Origin: Spirochaetota bacterium
Lineage (GTDB): Bacteria; Spirochaetota; UBA4802; UBA5550
Reading direction: 5' to 3'
Assembly (NCBI GenBank): GCA_963664815.2
Contig: CAXXHB010000001.1
Span: forward strand, 1 to 64,000
DNA: 64,000 nt
Shown: positions 38,891 through 49,996 of the stretch, in pieces
Numbering within the stretch: position 1 is the stretch's first letter
Layout of the letters: each line of letters opens with the position of its first letter
Notes under the pieces: generated by a model
Database searches by the model: none
The model's input: only the letters and a program-made list of their open reading frames with translations
Told to the model about the DNA's origin: nothing
Program-made: the position numbers and the translations under genes

Positions 38891-39190
38891 TCCATCACAT
38901 TCTTTTCCGGGTTTATAAGCATCTCCATTAATTTTATGGGTGAAATGAAAATGACATGGGGCAAGAAAAATACTTTTAAATTCAAAAAAAATTTAATCCG
39001 ACACCGTCATTCCGGCCTTGCAAAGCGTAGTGCCGGAATCTGTACATGGCAGCATAGATTTATTTATCAACGATAGATTTCTGTACCTGTACTGATGAGC
39101 AGATTGTGAAAAAAGTTCAGCGGAAAAAATGACATGAAGTCACTTAACACCGGACGGCATGGATGCCGGAATAAAAAAATGGAGGTCTTT

Positions 39191-39829
39191 ATGTCACTGG
39201 TTAAGCTTAATCCAATGTTCCATAAAAACACAAGGAGCCTTGGAGATATCGTCTTCTACGAGCGAAACGGAGTTCTTTTCAACAGGGTCAAGGGTGAAAG
39301 GAAAAAAGCTGCTTCTGCCGTGGAACTTGAAATCCGCAAAACTTTCAGGCATATGACAAGCAGCTGGAGCGGTTCAACAGATGCCATCCGGAAAGCCTGG
39401 AACGCCTACGCCCTGGCAAAGGGTGCAGGCCTAAGCGGCTACAACCGGTTTATAAAGGAGAACTACACTCCTGCAAAAGCCGGTACTCCTCTTCAGCTCT
39501 GCAGGCAGATGGGGGATATAAAAGCGCCGACCCTGACAGTAGCCACTGCCACAGTTTCGGGGAGTATAACCGGAAACTATGTAAATCCCGCCGGTAACCC
39601 TGACGGAAAGTTTATCCAGGTACTTGCGATAAACAAAAAAGCAGGGGAGACACAGGAGAAGGCCCACGTTGTTACAGAAGCAGTAACAGCCGCAGCAGGA
39701 GACTTTGAAATAACCGGGCTTATCCCTGGTGATACATATTTCATCTATGCGGTTTTTACAGATGTCAACGGAGCAGCTGTGACCAAGGTTTCGGAGTCTG
39801 CAGCATTGACAGCAATTGCTGCAGTGTAA
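39191..39829 (+). CDS. hypothetical protein, basic N-terminus resembling DUF6266-type proteins, beta-rich C-terminus
   Basis: LGDIVFYERNGVLFNR...AWNAYA...LSGYNRFIKEN; GGAGG RBS. Confidence 0.65.
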   Translation: MSLVKLNPMFHKNTRSLGDIVFYERNGVLFNRVKGERKKAASAVELEIRKTFRHMTSSWSGSTDAIRKAWNAYALAKGAGLSGYNRFIKENYTPAKAGTPLQLCRQMGDIKAPTLTVATATVSGSITGNYVNPAGNPDGKFIQVLAINKKAGETQEKAHVVTEAVTAAAGDFEITGLIPGDTYFIYAVFTDVNGAAVTKVSESAALTAIAAV

Positions 39830-39843
39830 GAGAATAAGGATTG

Positions 39844-39869
39844 AAGGGGAAAGCGCAAGCTTTCCCCTT
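39844..39869. terminator. hairpin terminator
   Basis: AAGGGGAAAGC-gcaa-GCTTTCCCCTT between convergent genes. Confidence 0.75.
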
Positions 39870-39999
39870 ATCTATTATATATTATTTTAATCATTTTAAA
39901 AGGCATTCAAGCAATTCCTTGACAGCCAGTTAGTCTTGAGAAGTTGAACCAGTACATTACTGACAATAATTATTCAAGTTGACCTGTTTGAATTAAATT

Positions 40000-40671
40000 T
40001 CACCAGGGAAGATCATATTTAACATTGATTTTTTTACCGCTTGTTTCTTCTGCTACATAATTTTTTATTGCTTCGAGAAGCTGATCAAAATTGGTATAGG
40101 GATTAACCATATATGTTTTTAATTCATGTGGTGTGCTTTTAGACATATTTTTTCTTAAAACAACCGCATTACGAGACGCAATTTTTTCCGCATTTTCTTC
40201 TTTTTGATGGAGATCACGGTATATGTTCGAATTTCCTTTATCATAAGCAAAAGCAATATCCGGTTCACTTTTCATATATTTTATTACCTCACTGCTGCTT
40301 TTAAAATTTCTGGATGAATACTTCAGATGAAGAAGTATCCATATTTCAAATGATATGTTCGAAAAAGCGATATTTATACCATTATCACGGGCTTTAATCA
40401 TTGCCTCATCCAGAGGATGCTCATCACAATCAAAAGCAGCCCATAGAATATCTTCATCAAGCTCTTTATACAACAGTATTTCATCAACAAGACCGCGTGG
40501 ATTATTTTTATCAATATCAACACATTTTATCTTTATTGAAGGAAGCTCATAATTATTTTTCTGCATAAACCCTTTTATATAAGCATGCTCGGAATGATCC
40601 ATAGCTCCTTCAAATGCAATATACATGCATCTCCGTGGCTGGAGAACAGATTTTTTCTTTTCTTTCGGCAT
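40000..40671 (-). CDS. RloB family (AbiLii-like, TOPRIM-fold) protein
   Basis: IAFEG...E..Y, WAAFDCDEH, SNISFEIWILLH, NPYT. Confidence 0.88.
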   Translation of the reverse strand: MPKEKKKSVLQPRRCMYIAFEGAMDHSEHAYIKGFMQKNNYELPSIKIKCVDIDKNNPRGLVDEILLYKELDEDILWAAFDCDEHPLDEAMIKARDNGINIAFSNISFEIWILLHLKYSSRNFKSSSEVIKYMKSEPDIAFAYDKGNSNIYRDLHQKEENAEKIASRNAVVLRKNMSKSTPHELKTYMVNPYTNFDQLLEAIKNYVAEETSGKKINVKYDLPW

Positions 40672-41954
40672 TACTTCCTTTCCGGAAGGAGACTTCTATT
40701 TATATGGGGAATCGCATCGAAGCGGCCCTCAAGGTACCATTTTCCAAAAGGGGTATTGCCCCGAACCTTGTCCTTATCATATTCATCGAGGGAGTAGAGC
40801 TTTGTCTCACCATTTTTTTCCTTCTCAGTGAACCACACCTGGTCACGCCTGAAGTTTTCAGGCTTCATCAGAGATATATCATGGGTAGTTACTATAAGCT
40901 GCGCACCATGGGGATTACGTTCAGGGCTGTTGAATTCGGAAATGATAAATTCTGAAAGCAAGGAATGGAGAGAGCGATCTATTTCGTCGATAACAAGAAG
41001 ACTTCCTGAATCCAATGCAAAAATAACTGAATGAGCAAGTTTGAACAACTGCTGAGTTCCATCTGATTCATCAACAAAGTCAAACAATACCTGCGAATTA
41101 TCCTCAAGAATATGTTTAACCTTTATTTCATATTTAAATAAATTTTTTAATTTTGATGCAGATTCCTGCGGGAAATGCATTTCTGAAAAAAGATTGTCAA
41201 TATTATCTCTTTCATTGAACACAATATCATCAATGGCAATATCAGCAGAATTGATATATCTCAATATCTCATTTTTAAAATTCATATTTTCTGCCGGGTA
41301 TACTCCGGAAAGATACATCATTTTTGATAACAGCTCATCAGTTGTTCCCGTCTGGATTATTTCTGTTGTATCAGAAAAGATCCTGTAAACAGGATCGAGC
41401 TGGCTCAGATTATTATTTACTGCAACAGATAAATATAACTGATTTGCAAGAAGTATATTTTCTATCTGTTTTTTATGGCCTTTTAGTTGTGTGCCAAACT
41501 CAATTGATTTCCCTTTTTCCCTTATGAACAGCTTTGTCTTCTGTTTTTTCGGATAGTAGAACAGGGATTCAAATATAACCTCTTTTTTATCAAATCTGAC
41601 AGCATATAAATACCTGATTTTATCATCTGCAATAAATTCAACTTCAAAAGATGAAGGTTCATTCCTCGATGTACTGTCAAGCTGATAGGGCTCATAAAAC
41701 TGTATAGGTTCATCCTTGCTTAATTTATGAGATACTTCAATATATTCCCAGAGAACATTTAGCGCCTTAACTACATTGGATTTTCCAGATGCATTGGCTC
41801 CGTAGATTATGGCAGAGGGGAGAAGCCTGAAGTTTTCTCCGGGTACTTCAATCCTGTTATCAATAAGGTCGCCGGTACTGTCGGAGGCTACCAGACTGAG
41901 TGTCTGTTCGTTTTTTATTGAACGGAAGTTTTTTACTGTAAAATCAATTAACAT
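40671..41954 (-). CDS. AAA_21 ATPase (RloA/AbiLi-like)
   Basis: IYGANASGKSN, ESDGT, IDEIDRSLH, QLIVTTHD, RRDQVWF, YLEGRFDAIP. Confidence 0.9.
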   Translation of the reverse strand: MLIDFTVKNFRSIKNEQTLSLVASDSTGDLIDNRIEVPGENFRLLPSAIIYGANASGKSNVVKALNVLWEYIEVSHKLSKDEPIQFYEPYQLDSTSRNEPSSFEVEFIADDKIRYLYAVRFDKKEVIFESLFYYPKKQKTKLFIREKGKSIEFGTQLKGHKKQIENILLANQLYLSVAVNNNLSQLDPVYRIFSDTTEIIQTGTTDELLSKMMYLSGVYPAENMNFKNEILRYINSADIAIDDIVFNERDNIDNLFSEMHFPQESASKLKNLFKYEIKVKHILEDNSQVLFDFVDESDGTQQLFKLAHSVIFALDSGSLLVIDEIDRSLHSLLSEFIISEFNSPERNPHGAQLIVTTHDISLMKPENFRRDQVWFTEKEKNGETKLYSLDEYDKDKVRGNTPFGKWYLEGRFDAIPHINRSLLPERK

Positions 41955-42424
41955 AAGTATAACCAGTTAAAATTAAAGCTATTTTCGTAAATATAATACA
42001 AATTATGAGTCAATTATAATACATACATCTGAAATTGCTATCTTTTTTTGCTGGTTTTTTAATATAAAAAGTATTCAATACGACCTGTTTAAATTAAATT
42101 TTTACTTTTTTGAGCCGGAGGATGATGTTTAATCCCCCGAAAATTTATGCAGGTTGCTGATATAGTTTCTATTTCTTCTTTAATACAAAATCTGTGTCCT
42201 TAACTATTTGATCCAGAGATGAGTCAGCAAGCTCAATTCCAGATTTTTCAGCATTTTTTTTATCTGTGTATAACTGCGTAAGCATTTTAATTTACTATTA
42301 TGAGATCAGGCGAGCGGATTGAACGATTTATAATATAAATAATTCATGTAAATAAATAGTATTAGTATTAGAAATTGCCCTTGCCGGAGACGGCAGCAAT
42401 CACATTCACTTAACCGGGAAACGG

Positions 42425-43681
42425 CTACTTCTGAAACTCGTCATTAGCCCATGAACCCTGCTGTGCTATTGATCCGTCGCTGTAATACATTGTCCCATTT
42501 CCATGAAAGCTGCCATTGATAAAATCGCCGACATACTTCTTGCCGTTGTTAAATGTATAAACGCCTTTCCCCTCTCTTATCCCCTCTTTCCAGTCCCCGG
42601 TATAGCTGTCTCCGCTTTTAAACTTTATAGTCCCTTTCCCGTTTACGAAGCCGCTCTTCCATGTCCCTTCAATGACTGCTCCGTCCGGCTGGGTTTCTTT
42701 ACCGTGGCCATCGTAATACCCCTCTTTGAATTCCCCTGTAAAAACAACTCCGGTGAAAGATGTAAGAGTACCACTTCCGCTTCTCATTCCATTTTTAAAT
42801 TCCCCTTTATAGCGGCTCCCGTTTGTCCAGAAAAATTCACCCTTGCCATGCATCCGGTTCCCTTTGAACTGGCCGACATACCTATTCCCGTTAGGGAAAA
42901 GAAATGTATCTTTTCCCTTCTTTATGCCTGCCATCATTCTGTAAACGGGAAATCCCTTCTTCACCCGGGTAACAAGAGTTCTTGTCCCTCCGACCATTTT
43001 ACACCTGGATACGGTCATCATCGGGAAGTTTACAACAAGGGCGCACATTATACCGTTAACTTCAACAAAAAGCCTGTCGCCAAGCATTAATCCCCCGGCA
43101 TCAGTTACAGTAACTTCATAAGCAGGGGAATTAACCTCTACAACCTTGCTGACCGGTACTCTATCATTATCCCCTTTGTCGGGGAGAGCTATATTCCCTG
43201 TGAAGATGTAATGAGAGAACATGCCGTCTTCGACAGTGCCGTCAGCATAAATGTATCTGCCCCTGCCATTGGGGGTGTTTTTATAAAACTCCCCTTCATA
43301 TTTATCGCCGTTGGAGAAGTTATGAACCCCGGATCCGTTTCTGCGTCCGGCTGAAAAATTACCGGTATAACTGTCGCCGTTAGACCATTCAATTGTACCG
43401 GCGCCGTTCAGATCGCCGTCTTTAAATGCTCCTGTATAGCAGTCTCCGTTTGTCCATAACATGATTCCGTTACCGTCAGGTTTCCCTTTCAGCCAGTCTC
43501 CCGAATAGATGATACCGTCCTTTTTCCGGATTATTCCTTTGCCGTTTATGCAGTTCCCTTCAATGCAGCCGGTGCCGGTTTTTTTCAGCAGCTCGTTTTT
43601 TTTGGCTGCATTTTTAACGGGAGCGGCGGCGCATGAGAATATAAGCAAAACTGAAAGATAAATAAAAAAATGTCTCTGCAT
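42425..43681 (-). CDS. MORN-repeat lipoprotein
   Basis: IFSC lipobox; many YxGxFxxGxxxGxG repeats in two blocks. Confidence 0.88.
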   Translation of the reverse strand: MQRHFFIYLSVLLIFSCAAAPVKNAAKKNELLKKTGTGCIEGNCINGKGIIRKKDGIIYSGDWLKGKPDGNGIMLWTNGDCYTGAFKDGDLNGAGTIEWSNGDSYTGNFSAGRRNGSGVHNFSNGDKYEGEFYKNTPNGRGRYIYADGTVEDGMFSHYIFTGNIALPDKGDNDRVPVSKVVEVNSPAYEVTVTDAGGLMLGDRLFVEVNGIMCALVVNFPMMTVSRCKMVGGTRTLVTRVKKGFPVYRMMAGIKKGKDTFLFPNGNRYVGQFKGNRMHGKGEFFWTNGSRYKGEFKNGMRSGSGTLTSFTGVVFTGEFKEGYYDGHGKETQPDGAVIEGTWKSGFVNGKGTIKFKSGDSYTGDWKEGIREGKGVYTFNNGKKYVGDFINGSFHGNGTMYYSDGSIAQQGSWANDEFQK

Positions 43682-43695
43682 GATAACCCCGGTTA

Positions 43696-44820
43696 TTAAT
43701 GCTTCGTCTTCGCTTCGAGAACCTTCTCCGCATCTTTATACGGCCTTCCCGACATTGCATTATATTTTTTGAAAAGTTCATATGCCCTGACAAGCTTTAA
43801 GTTGTCCACCGCCCCCTCAACAGTTTTTCCCGTGTAGATTGCCGGCAGATAATCAAAGGCTGTTTTTCTGGCAGATGATTTAATAGAAAAATCAGCCTTG
43901 CTCTGCGCAGCCTCATTAAGAATCGTTTCAAGAGTTTCTGAGGAAACATAGGGAGTATATTCGGCAAGAATCATCAGCATTGTCTTTTTTGATGTTTTGT
44001 CAATGAGATAGTTCGGTTTGTTCTTTAAAATATAAGATGATGATTTTAAAAGCACATCTTCAAGATATTTTGTCTTTTCATCATCTACTCCTGTATACCT
44101 GTTTGTCAGATTGGAATACATCCCGACAAAGAGCATTTCAATAAAGGATTTGTTCTGCCCCCCCGTATCGGCCGCAGGATCAGCTCCATTTGCAAGAAGC
44201 AGATCGAAACAGGCTGTATTGAGTTTATTCCTGGAATTGCTGTTCGCATTAATACAGAAAAAAACGGCTGAATCGCCCTTACCCTTTACATTTTTATCAC
44301 AGATATTGTCTCTTTTTTTAATGTCAGCTTTATTTTTTATAAGAGCTTCAACAATATCCGAATCCATTACCTCCACCGCTCTCATAAGTGCAGTAATTCC
44401 TATTTTGTCACTGGCATTAACATTTGCCCCGGATTTAATCAGGAGATTGACAACATTAACATTTCCCCGGCCTGCTGCCTTAATCAGCGGGGTCTCATTT
44501 TGATTATTTGCAAGATCGACCTTAGCTCCGGCCTCCAGAAGGAGATTGATCATATCAAGTCTGGTCTTTTCATCTTTGTCTTTATCATAAAAACTGACCG
44601 CAGTGATAAGGGGCGTACTCGAGTCATAGGATCCGGTTTGTACAACATTTATGGCATCACGGTCTTTGACAAGCTCCTTAAGAGATGCCACATCCTTTTT
44701 TTCTATTGCTTTAATAATCTCCTGAGTCTTTGCAGTAATTTCAGGCGACGGATCTTTTGAGTATGAGTTAATGCCGATTGAAACAATAAATGCGGTAATT
44801 ACCAGTAAATACTTTTTCAC
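43696..44820 (-). CDS. exported ankyrin-repeat protein
   Basis: TPLITAV, ETPLIKAA...GANVNA repeats; GTG start after GGAG. Confidence 0.85.
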   Translation of the reverse strand: MKKYLLVITAFIVSIGINSYSKDPSPEITAKTQEIIKAIEKKDVASLKELVKDRDAINVVQTGSYDSSTPLITAVSFYDKDKDEKTRLDMINLLLEAGAKVDLANNQNETPLIKAAGRGNVNVVNLLIKSGANVNASDKIGITALMRAVEVMDSDIVEALIKNKADIKKRDNICDKNVKGKGDSAVFFCINANSNSRNKLNTACFDLLLANGADPAADTGGQNKSFIEMLFVGMYSNLTNRYTGVDDEKTKYLEDVLLKSSSYILKNKPNYLIDKTSKKTMLMILAEYTPYVSSETLETILNEAAQSKADFSIKSSARKTAFDYLPAIYTGKTVEGAVDNLKLVRAYELFKKYNAMSGRPYKDAEKVLEAKTKH

Positions 44821-45312
44821 AACTTCTCCTCCGGGAAACAAATTGAATTTATAACGACATAAATATCTAAAATACAGACATGCAGAAAAGCAAGAACTAT
44901 TCATTTAAACGGCAGGGTTTTTCGGCAGGATTTTAAAATCCTCCTGCTCACAGCCCTGTAGTGGACGTTTCTGTATACAGTGAAGGGGGGGAAACAACAT
45001 TGATACGGAATACTTCAATGAAACGCCATTTTAAATTCAGGACCGTTTAATTCCTTCGTTTCTCTTTCATTCATTTCACCTAAAAAACCCTTTGTGCTGA
45101 TTGTTTTTTTTATATAATTTTTCCTGCCAGTATTTAAAGAATCAATCCAGATCCAGTCCGGCCAGGTACATCCGGATAACTTATATTTAGGCGTAAAATT
45201 CCGGGATTATGCCGATATAAAAATTATCCGGCTGCGCATGTTGAGTTTAAGGACATTACGCTCATTGAGCGGAGTCGAAATGAGCTGTTTATGAACTATA
45301 TGGAGAATATAT

Positions 45313-46317
45313 ATGCCGGGGATTTCACACATCGGGAAAAAACAGATAATAGACCAGGTTGAGAAGTTTCTTGACTCCAGAGGCCTTGATTCGCTGAACG
45401 GAAGCGAACTTGAGTATATAACAAAGCAGCTTCTTGTTGACCGTTTAAAGGATGAGCTGAAAATTGAGCTGAAAAAATCCTCGGTTGATCTGGAGACGCT
45501 GCTGGACCGCTGGCTTGAAGGTTTCGATTCTGAGGCCACGCGCGAGACTTACGGCAAAGGCCTCCAGATTTTCTTTAACTGGCTTGAGCTTCACGGCAGA
45601 AACATTTTCAACCTTAACTCCATTGACGTTGACGATTACGTGAACTTCATTAAAAAGCAGTATTCAATGAGCAACAGCATAAGGGAAAGAATTGCCGCCG
45701 CTTCGAGTTTCTTCTCTTTTCTTGAAAGAAATGACGTTATTGCCAGGAATTATTTTAAAGGGTGCTCGAGGCCTCCAAAGCCCTTTGACACAAAAAGTCC
45801 GGATGATGTTCCGGGTGAACATGAACTGGAGATTATTTTTAATTCACTTTTTGAGGAGCTGAATGCTGAGGGTAAAGGTTCGGCAGGGAAAAAAAGGCAG
45901 GCAAGGATTTTAACCGGCGTGCTCAGCGTTATTGTCCGCCACGGTATAAGGTGCGGCTCCCTGCCGTCCTTTTCCGTTGATAAAAACGGCCACTACAGGG
46001 CGCAGAGCAAAGGGAAAGAGATCCGGGGGACTCTTGACAGTGATGTTGCTGAAAAGCTCGGAAGCCTCGGTTTTGACAGGGCCAGACCCTTTAAAGACCT
46101 GAAGGTTAATTCGGTTCAGAAGGCCTTTGAGAGGTTCAATAAACGGCTTGTGACGGAAGGAAAGCTGAAGACCGTTTACAGCCTGCATGACCTGAGGCAT
46201 TATGCCGCCGTCAGGTTTTATTCCGTGGGTAAGGATATCATTGCCACACAGAGGTACCTGGGACACAGTTCGGTCGCCATTACGCAGGTTTACCTGGCGA
46301 GCCTGGAGTGTGAATAA
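45313..46317 (+). CDS. tyrosine recombinase/integrase
   Basis: GIRCG (R), HDLRH, LGHSS, C-terminal VY. Confidence 0.9.
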   Translation: MPGISHIGKKQIIDQVEKFLDSRGLDSLNGSELEYITKQLLVDRLKDELKIELKKSSVDLETLLDRWLEGFDSEATRETYGKGLQIFFNWLELHGRNIFNLNSIDVDDYVNFIKKQYSMSNSIRERIAAASSFFSFLERNDVIARNYFKGCSRPPKPFDTKSPDDVPGEHELEIIFNSLFEELNAEGKGSAGKKRQARILTGVLSVIVRHGIRCGSLPSFSVDKNGHYRAQSKGKEIRGTLDSDVAEKLGSLGFDRARPFKDLKVNSVQKAFERFNKRLVTEGKLKTVYSLHDLRHYAAVRFYSVGKDIIATQRYLGHSSVAITQVYLASLECE

Positions 46318-46419
46318 AATCATTATTTATGCTTTTTGAAATTATTAAAGCTGTCTGAAATTTAACAGATGGTCAGCAAAAGTGCAGAAGACAGACCCTT
46401 CCGCGCTCTCACTCTGAAG

Positions 46420-46945
46420 CCCTGAAACCGGTATTACCCTTTTACCAGATGCTGATGAACGATGCAATGCCGGTCTGCTGGTTATAACAATTTCAGGGTG
46501 CTCCGGAAAAGGAAAGATCAAAAATAACCCTGATCCTGCTAATAATGTCAAATGTCCGGTGTGCAAAGGTTCAGGTGTAATTAAAATACATGCTGCACCG
46601 GAAAACAGAAAAAATACTGAAATAGATGAAGATTCATACTGCTACCGTACCCTGGTCACTGCAGGCTGTCTCTTCTGGCTTGGGTACGAAATCGCGCATA
46701 AAGATGACATGGAATACAAAAACAGGGAAATGGACCGTGAGATCAGGGATATTGAGAATCATGAAGCAGAAGACCCGGCAATACATGTTGAAAGATCGGC
46801 TACTGTAAAAAGGGTCAAATGCCCCAGATGTAATGGTACCGGATGGATCAGCAAATCAGATTATGATACTCCGGCAGGTGACAACAATGACATTGATTTT
46901 ATCATACGCCGGAACGATGAACTGAAACACAATAAACCGGAATAA
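46420..46945 (+). pseudogene. DnaJ-type CxxCxGxG zinc-finger protein, 5' end apparently disrupted
   Basis: CSGKG, CPVCKGSG, CPRCNGTG in one frame with an in-frame stop at 46415 and no proper start. Confidence 0.4.
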
Positions 46946-47071
46946 ATAACTTTGAGCGCTTTAATCCGGGAAATAATAAATAATTGACAGGATAATTATA
47001 ATATAAATTTAAAAATAATTATTCATGTTTTATTCCAGTGCGCTATTACCGCAGGAAAACCCGTTATCCCT

Positions 47072-47842
47072 TCATTTATCCCTGTAAACAATACCACCCC
47101 TTGTAAAACGGCATCCGGACGCATCCCATTTCATCTCAACCGCGCGATCCGCGGATTTTTTCATAAAATTGCAGTAATCCTCCAGATCACGGCCGGTACC
47201 GCGCGTCCGTTGAAAAAAGGTATGGTCATCAATCGGGCATGGCACAAGGTATACCGTTGTCCCTTTCCTGGGGAGCACGTATTCCCAGTCAACAAGGTCG
47301 GCGTATTTCTGCCGCATTGGATTTCTGCCGGAATAAAATTCAGGTAATTTTACCGCGGGGAACAGGTCGCTCAGGTCATAGCGTTTCCAGACGTGTTCCC
47401 TGAGATCAAAGAATACGCATTTCCTGGAATCGCCATCCGGGTGATTTTCAACTACTGAGTACGCCGGTATAATACTTTTATCAGCGCGTGTAAATATTAC
47501 AAAAGTCAGAATTGCCGTTGTCCCTTCATCTTTTATTTCAATCCTGATATAACCGTTCCTGATATCAATTATCTCCGGAGTGATTGTAAAACCCGCGATT
47601 TTTCCCGGGGATAACAGCCTTTTGCGTTCATAAAACATGGTTGACTGGTCCGGACAGATGTTTTCAGCCGAAGTGATTAACCCTTCTTCAGGGCTGAGAC
47701 GTATTTCTCCGCATAGCAGAAAATAATCGACAACCGTCTGCGGTGACTTCGCAACCTGGTTATAGCTGCGGTTATCCTGCGTAAACGCAGACTCTGTGAG
47801 AAACATCATCGTTATAAACAGTATTATTGTCCTTACCTGCAT
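47072..47842 (-). CDS. hypothetical exported protein
   Basis: Signal peptide; DIRNGYI...LPRKGTTV. Confidence 0.65.
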   Translation of the reverse strand: MQVRTIILFITMMFLTESAFTQDNRSYNQVAKSPQTVVDYFLLCGEIRLSPEEGLITSAENICPDQSTMFYERKRLLSPGKIAGFTITPEIIDIRNGYIRIEIKDEGTTAILTFVIFTRADKSIIPAYSVVENHPDGDSRKCVFFDLREHVWKRYDLSDLFPAVKLPEFYSGRNPMRQKYADLVDWEYVLPRKGTTVYLVPCPIDDHTFFQRTRGTGRDLEDYCNFMKKSADRAVEMKWDASGCRFTRGGIVYRDK

Positions 47843-48107
47843 ATTTAAACCCCGCCGTTTTAAAAGATATCGTTTATTCATGGAGTATATATAATTTATT
47901 GTCAATCACTGATATGCACCGGCAGTACATTTAATTTATAATTTTCTGATATAATTTTCTGATATAATTTTCCATACGGTAAAAATGCGATTATATTCAG
48001 AAGGCTTAAACTCAAATCCCGGAAGATAAATGTTTCTCTGTGAAAAACATTGCAGACACAAAGAAACCGTTATCTCCGGAAGTGATCTTTTCCCGGTATT
48101 CAGAAGA

Positions 48108-48557
48108 TCATGAATTGCCGCCGTCTTTGTCTGAACCGGCGGGGGAGGGGGGCGTTTTGTCTGTTCTGTTCATCCGTCTGTCGTACTCCTTTACATAACG
48201 TTCGTACGCCGCCTTTCCTTCATCCGCCCAGAACCTGTGCAGATTGTGCCTGTCATCCCCATGAAAACCGTGATGAAAACCGCGGCGGGGATTTCTGTCA
48301 AAACGCGTATACCCTCTGTAGTACGGATGACCGAATCCGCCGAACAGTAACTTTGAAAGGACTATCAGCACAAAAGCCTGCAGAAAGGTTATGGTCCTGA
48401 ATCCGAACAGTCCGGGAAACAGCCAGTTCCATAAATACTGCACAAGCAGTCCGAATATCAGCGCAAAAACAGTGGCGATAATCAGTCCTCCGGCCATCAT
48501 CCGGAGTACATGCATCAGCCGTAATCCGCGTCGTGTACCGTTGTCAGTTTTTCTCAT
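48108..48557 (-). CDS. membrane protein coupled to the ECF sigma gene
   Basis: LWNWLFPGLFG..ITFLQA...LSKLLFGG. Confidence 0.75.
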   Translation of the reverse strand: MRKTDNGTRRGLRLMHVLRMMAGGLIIATVFALIFGLLVQYLWNWLFPGLFGFRTITFLQAFVLIVLSKLLFGGFGHPYYRGYTRFDRNPRRGFHHGFHGDDRHNLHRFWADEGKAAYERYVKEYDRRMNRTDKTPPSPAGSDKDGGNS

Positions 48558-49110
48558 AAATATCCTCCAGATAAGATAAAAGTGTAAGTTCTTTCCTGAT
48601 CTTTTTCATCGCGCGGGATTTTCTCGACAGCAGAGTCCCCACCGGGATTCCGCTCTCCTCCGAAATTTCCCTGAAAGATCTGGACTCGAATTCTGTCAAA
48701 TATATGATCGATTTCTCCTCCTCATCGAGAGAATCGATTGAAGAATAAAGCGCCTCAATCATGTCGTTTTTTTCGATCTCAGACATAACATCGTACCGGT
48801 CGTCATAAATCATATCGTAGATCGAATATCCGTCTTCCGATACGGCATCGATCGAAACTGTATCACCGCCCCGTTTTTTCAGGATATCGGTCACCCTGTT
48901 GCGGAGCGACCGGTAAACGTAAGCGGCAAGGTTCTGTACCGGCACGGTTACATCCGCAAGATTGAACATGTTCAGCATTACATCCTGCAGAATATCCTCA
49001 CTGTCACGGTCTGCCGCATCGTCTATCATGCGGCGAACGTACCTGAGCAGATTTTCACGCTCATCTTTAAAAAACCCGGCGATACCGGAATGTATTCCTT
49101 TCTCTTTCAT
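48544..49110 (-). CDS. ECF RNA polymerase sigma factor
   Basis: SEDILQDV; SFREISEESGIPVGTLLSRKSRA. Confidence 0.9.
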   Translation of the reverse strand: MKEKGIHSGIAGFFKDERENLLRYVRRMIDDAADRDSEDILQDVMLNMFNLADVTVPVQNLAAYVYRSLRNRVTDILKKRGGDTVSIDAVSEDGYSIYDMIYDDRYDVMSEIEKNDMIEALYSSIDSLDEEEKSIIYLTEFESRSFREISEESGIPVGTLLSRKSRAMKKIRKELTLLSYLEDIYEKN

Positions 49111-49168
49111 TCTTTATAAGACGACATCCATATACTTTTATTGCATAGAAAAAAATATTTTTTACGAT

Positions 49169-49996
49169 TTAATGCCCGCGTTTAAACACCCTGACCGTCG
49201 AAAAATCCGCTTTTGAAAACCGTTTCACACACAAAATAAAAAACAGAATGCACATAGTAAAAATTATAAGAGCACTGATGGCCGGCGTTATAATAAATCT
49301 GTTTAAACAAAACGCTACTCCGGCATCAACAAGAGCTGCTGACGGCATATTTTCCATATGCAGGGCCGCAGACCTGAATGCGGCCGTAGCGTAAGTCAGC
49401 GGATTCAGGTATACCAGCGGTATTAAGATTTTCGGCAGGGCCGTTACCGGGATATAGGCACCCGACAGGAAAGTTAAAGGGAAGGTAGCTATCATCACAA
49501 TCAGCTGAAAGCTGTCCGATTCTTTCGCTAAGGTGGCAAGATACAGGCCCATTGAACTGAATGTCAATCCGACAAGAAACATCAGCCCCAGCATCACTGT
49601 TCCGTGGATAAAACTGATTTTCAGCCCCATAAACAGCGCAATTACAACTATAATCACCCCCTGAATAACCGATATTATCATCGACGAAAGTACGTGACCT
49701 ATGGCAATCTGCCACCGGTAAACAGGCGACACCAGTATCTCCTTCATGAAACCGGTGGAAATATCCTCCAGTATATTCATCGAATTGGTTAACGATGATT
49801 GAAATACCGTCATAATAATTATGCCTGAAATCAGGTAGTTCATCGGATTTTCTATCCCCCGGGCAACTGATTTCATTACAAATGAAAAAATAAACAAAAA
49901 CACACCGGACATCAATAGTGTCATAAACAGCTTCAGCCTGTTGCGCTTCAGCTTTATAAGATTTCTGATTAATATGGCTTTTACCGGACGTATCAT
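49169..49996 (-). CDS. ABC-2 type transporter permease
   Basis: Six TM; FLSGAYIP, NPLTY. Confidence 0.9.
   Translation of the reverse strand: MIRPVKAILIRNLIKLKRNRLKLFMTLLMSGVFLFIFSFVMKSVARGIENPMNYLISGIIIMTVFQSSLTNSMNILEDISTGFMKEILVSPVYRWQIAIGHVLSSMIISVIQGVIIVVIALFMGLKISFIHGTVMLGLMFLVGLTFSSMGLYLATLAKESDSFQLIVMIATFPLTFLSGAYIPVTALPKILIPLVYLNPLTYATAAFRSAALHMENMPSAALVDAGVAFCLNRFIITPAISALIIFTMCILFFILCVKRFSKADFSTVRVFKRGH

Noticed and set aside
39004-39040. GTCATTCCGGC...GCCGGAATC hairpin as a further repeat family
   Set aside because: Only one copy in the window and no associated nuclease gene
45313-46317. XerC/XerD or integron integrase
   Set aside because: Only generic tyrosine-recombinase motifs; no IntI-specific insertion and no dif site recognised
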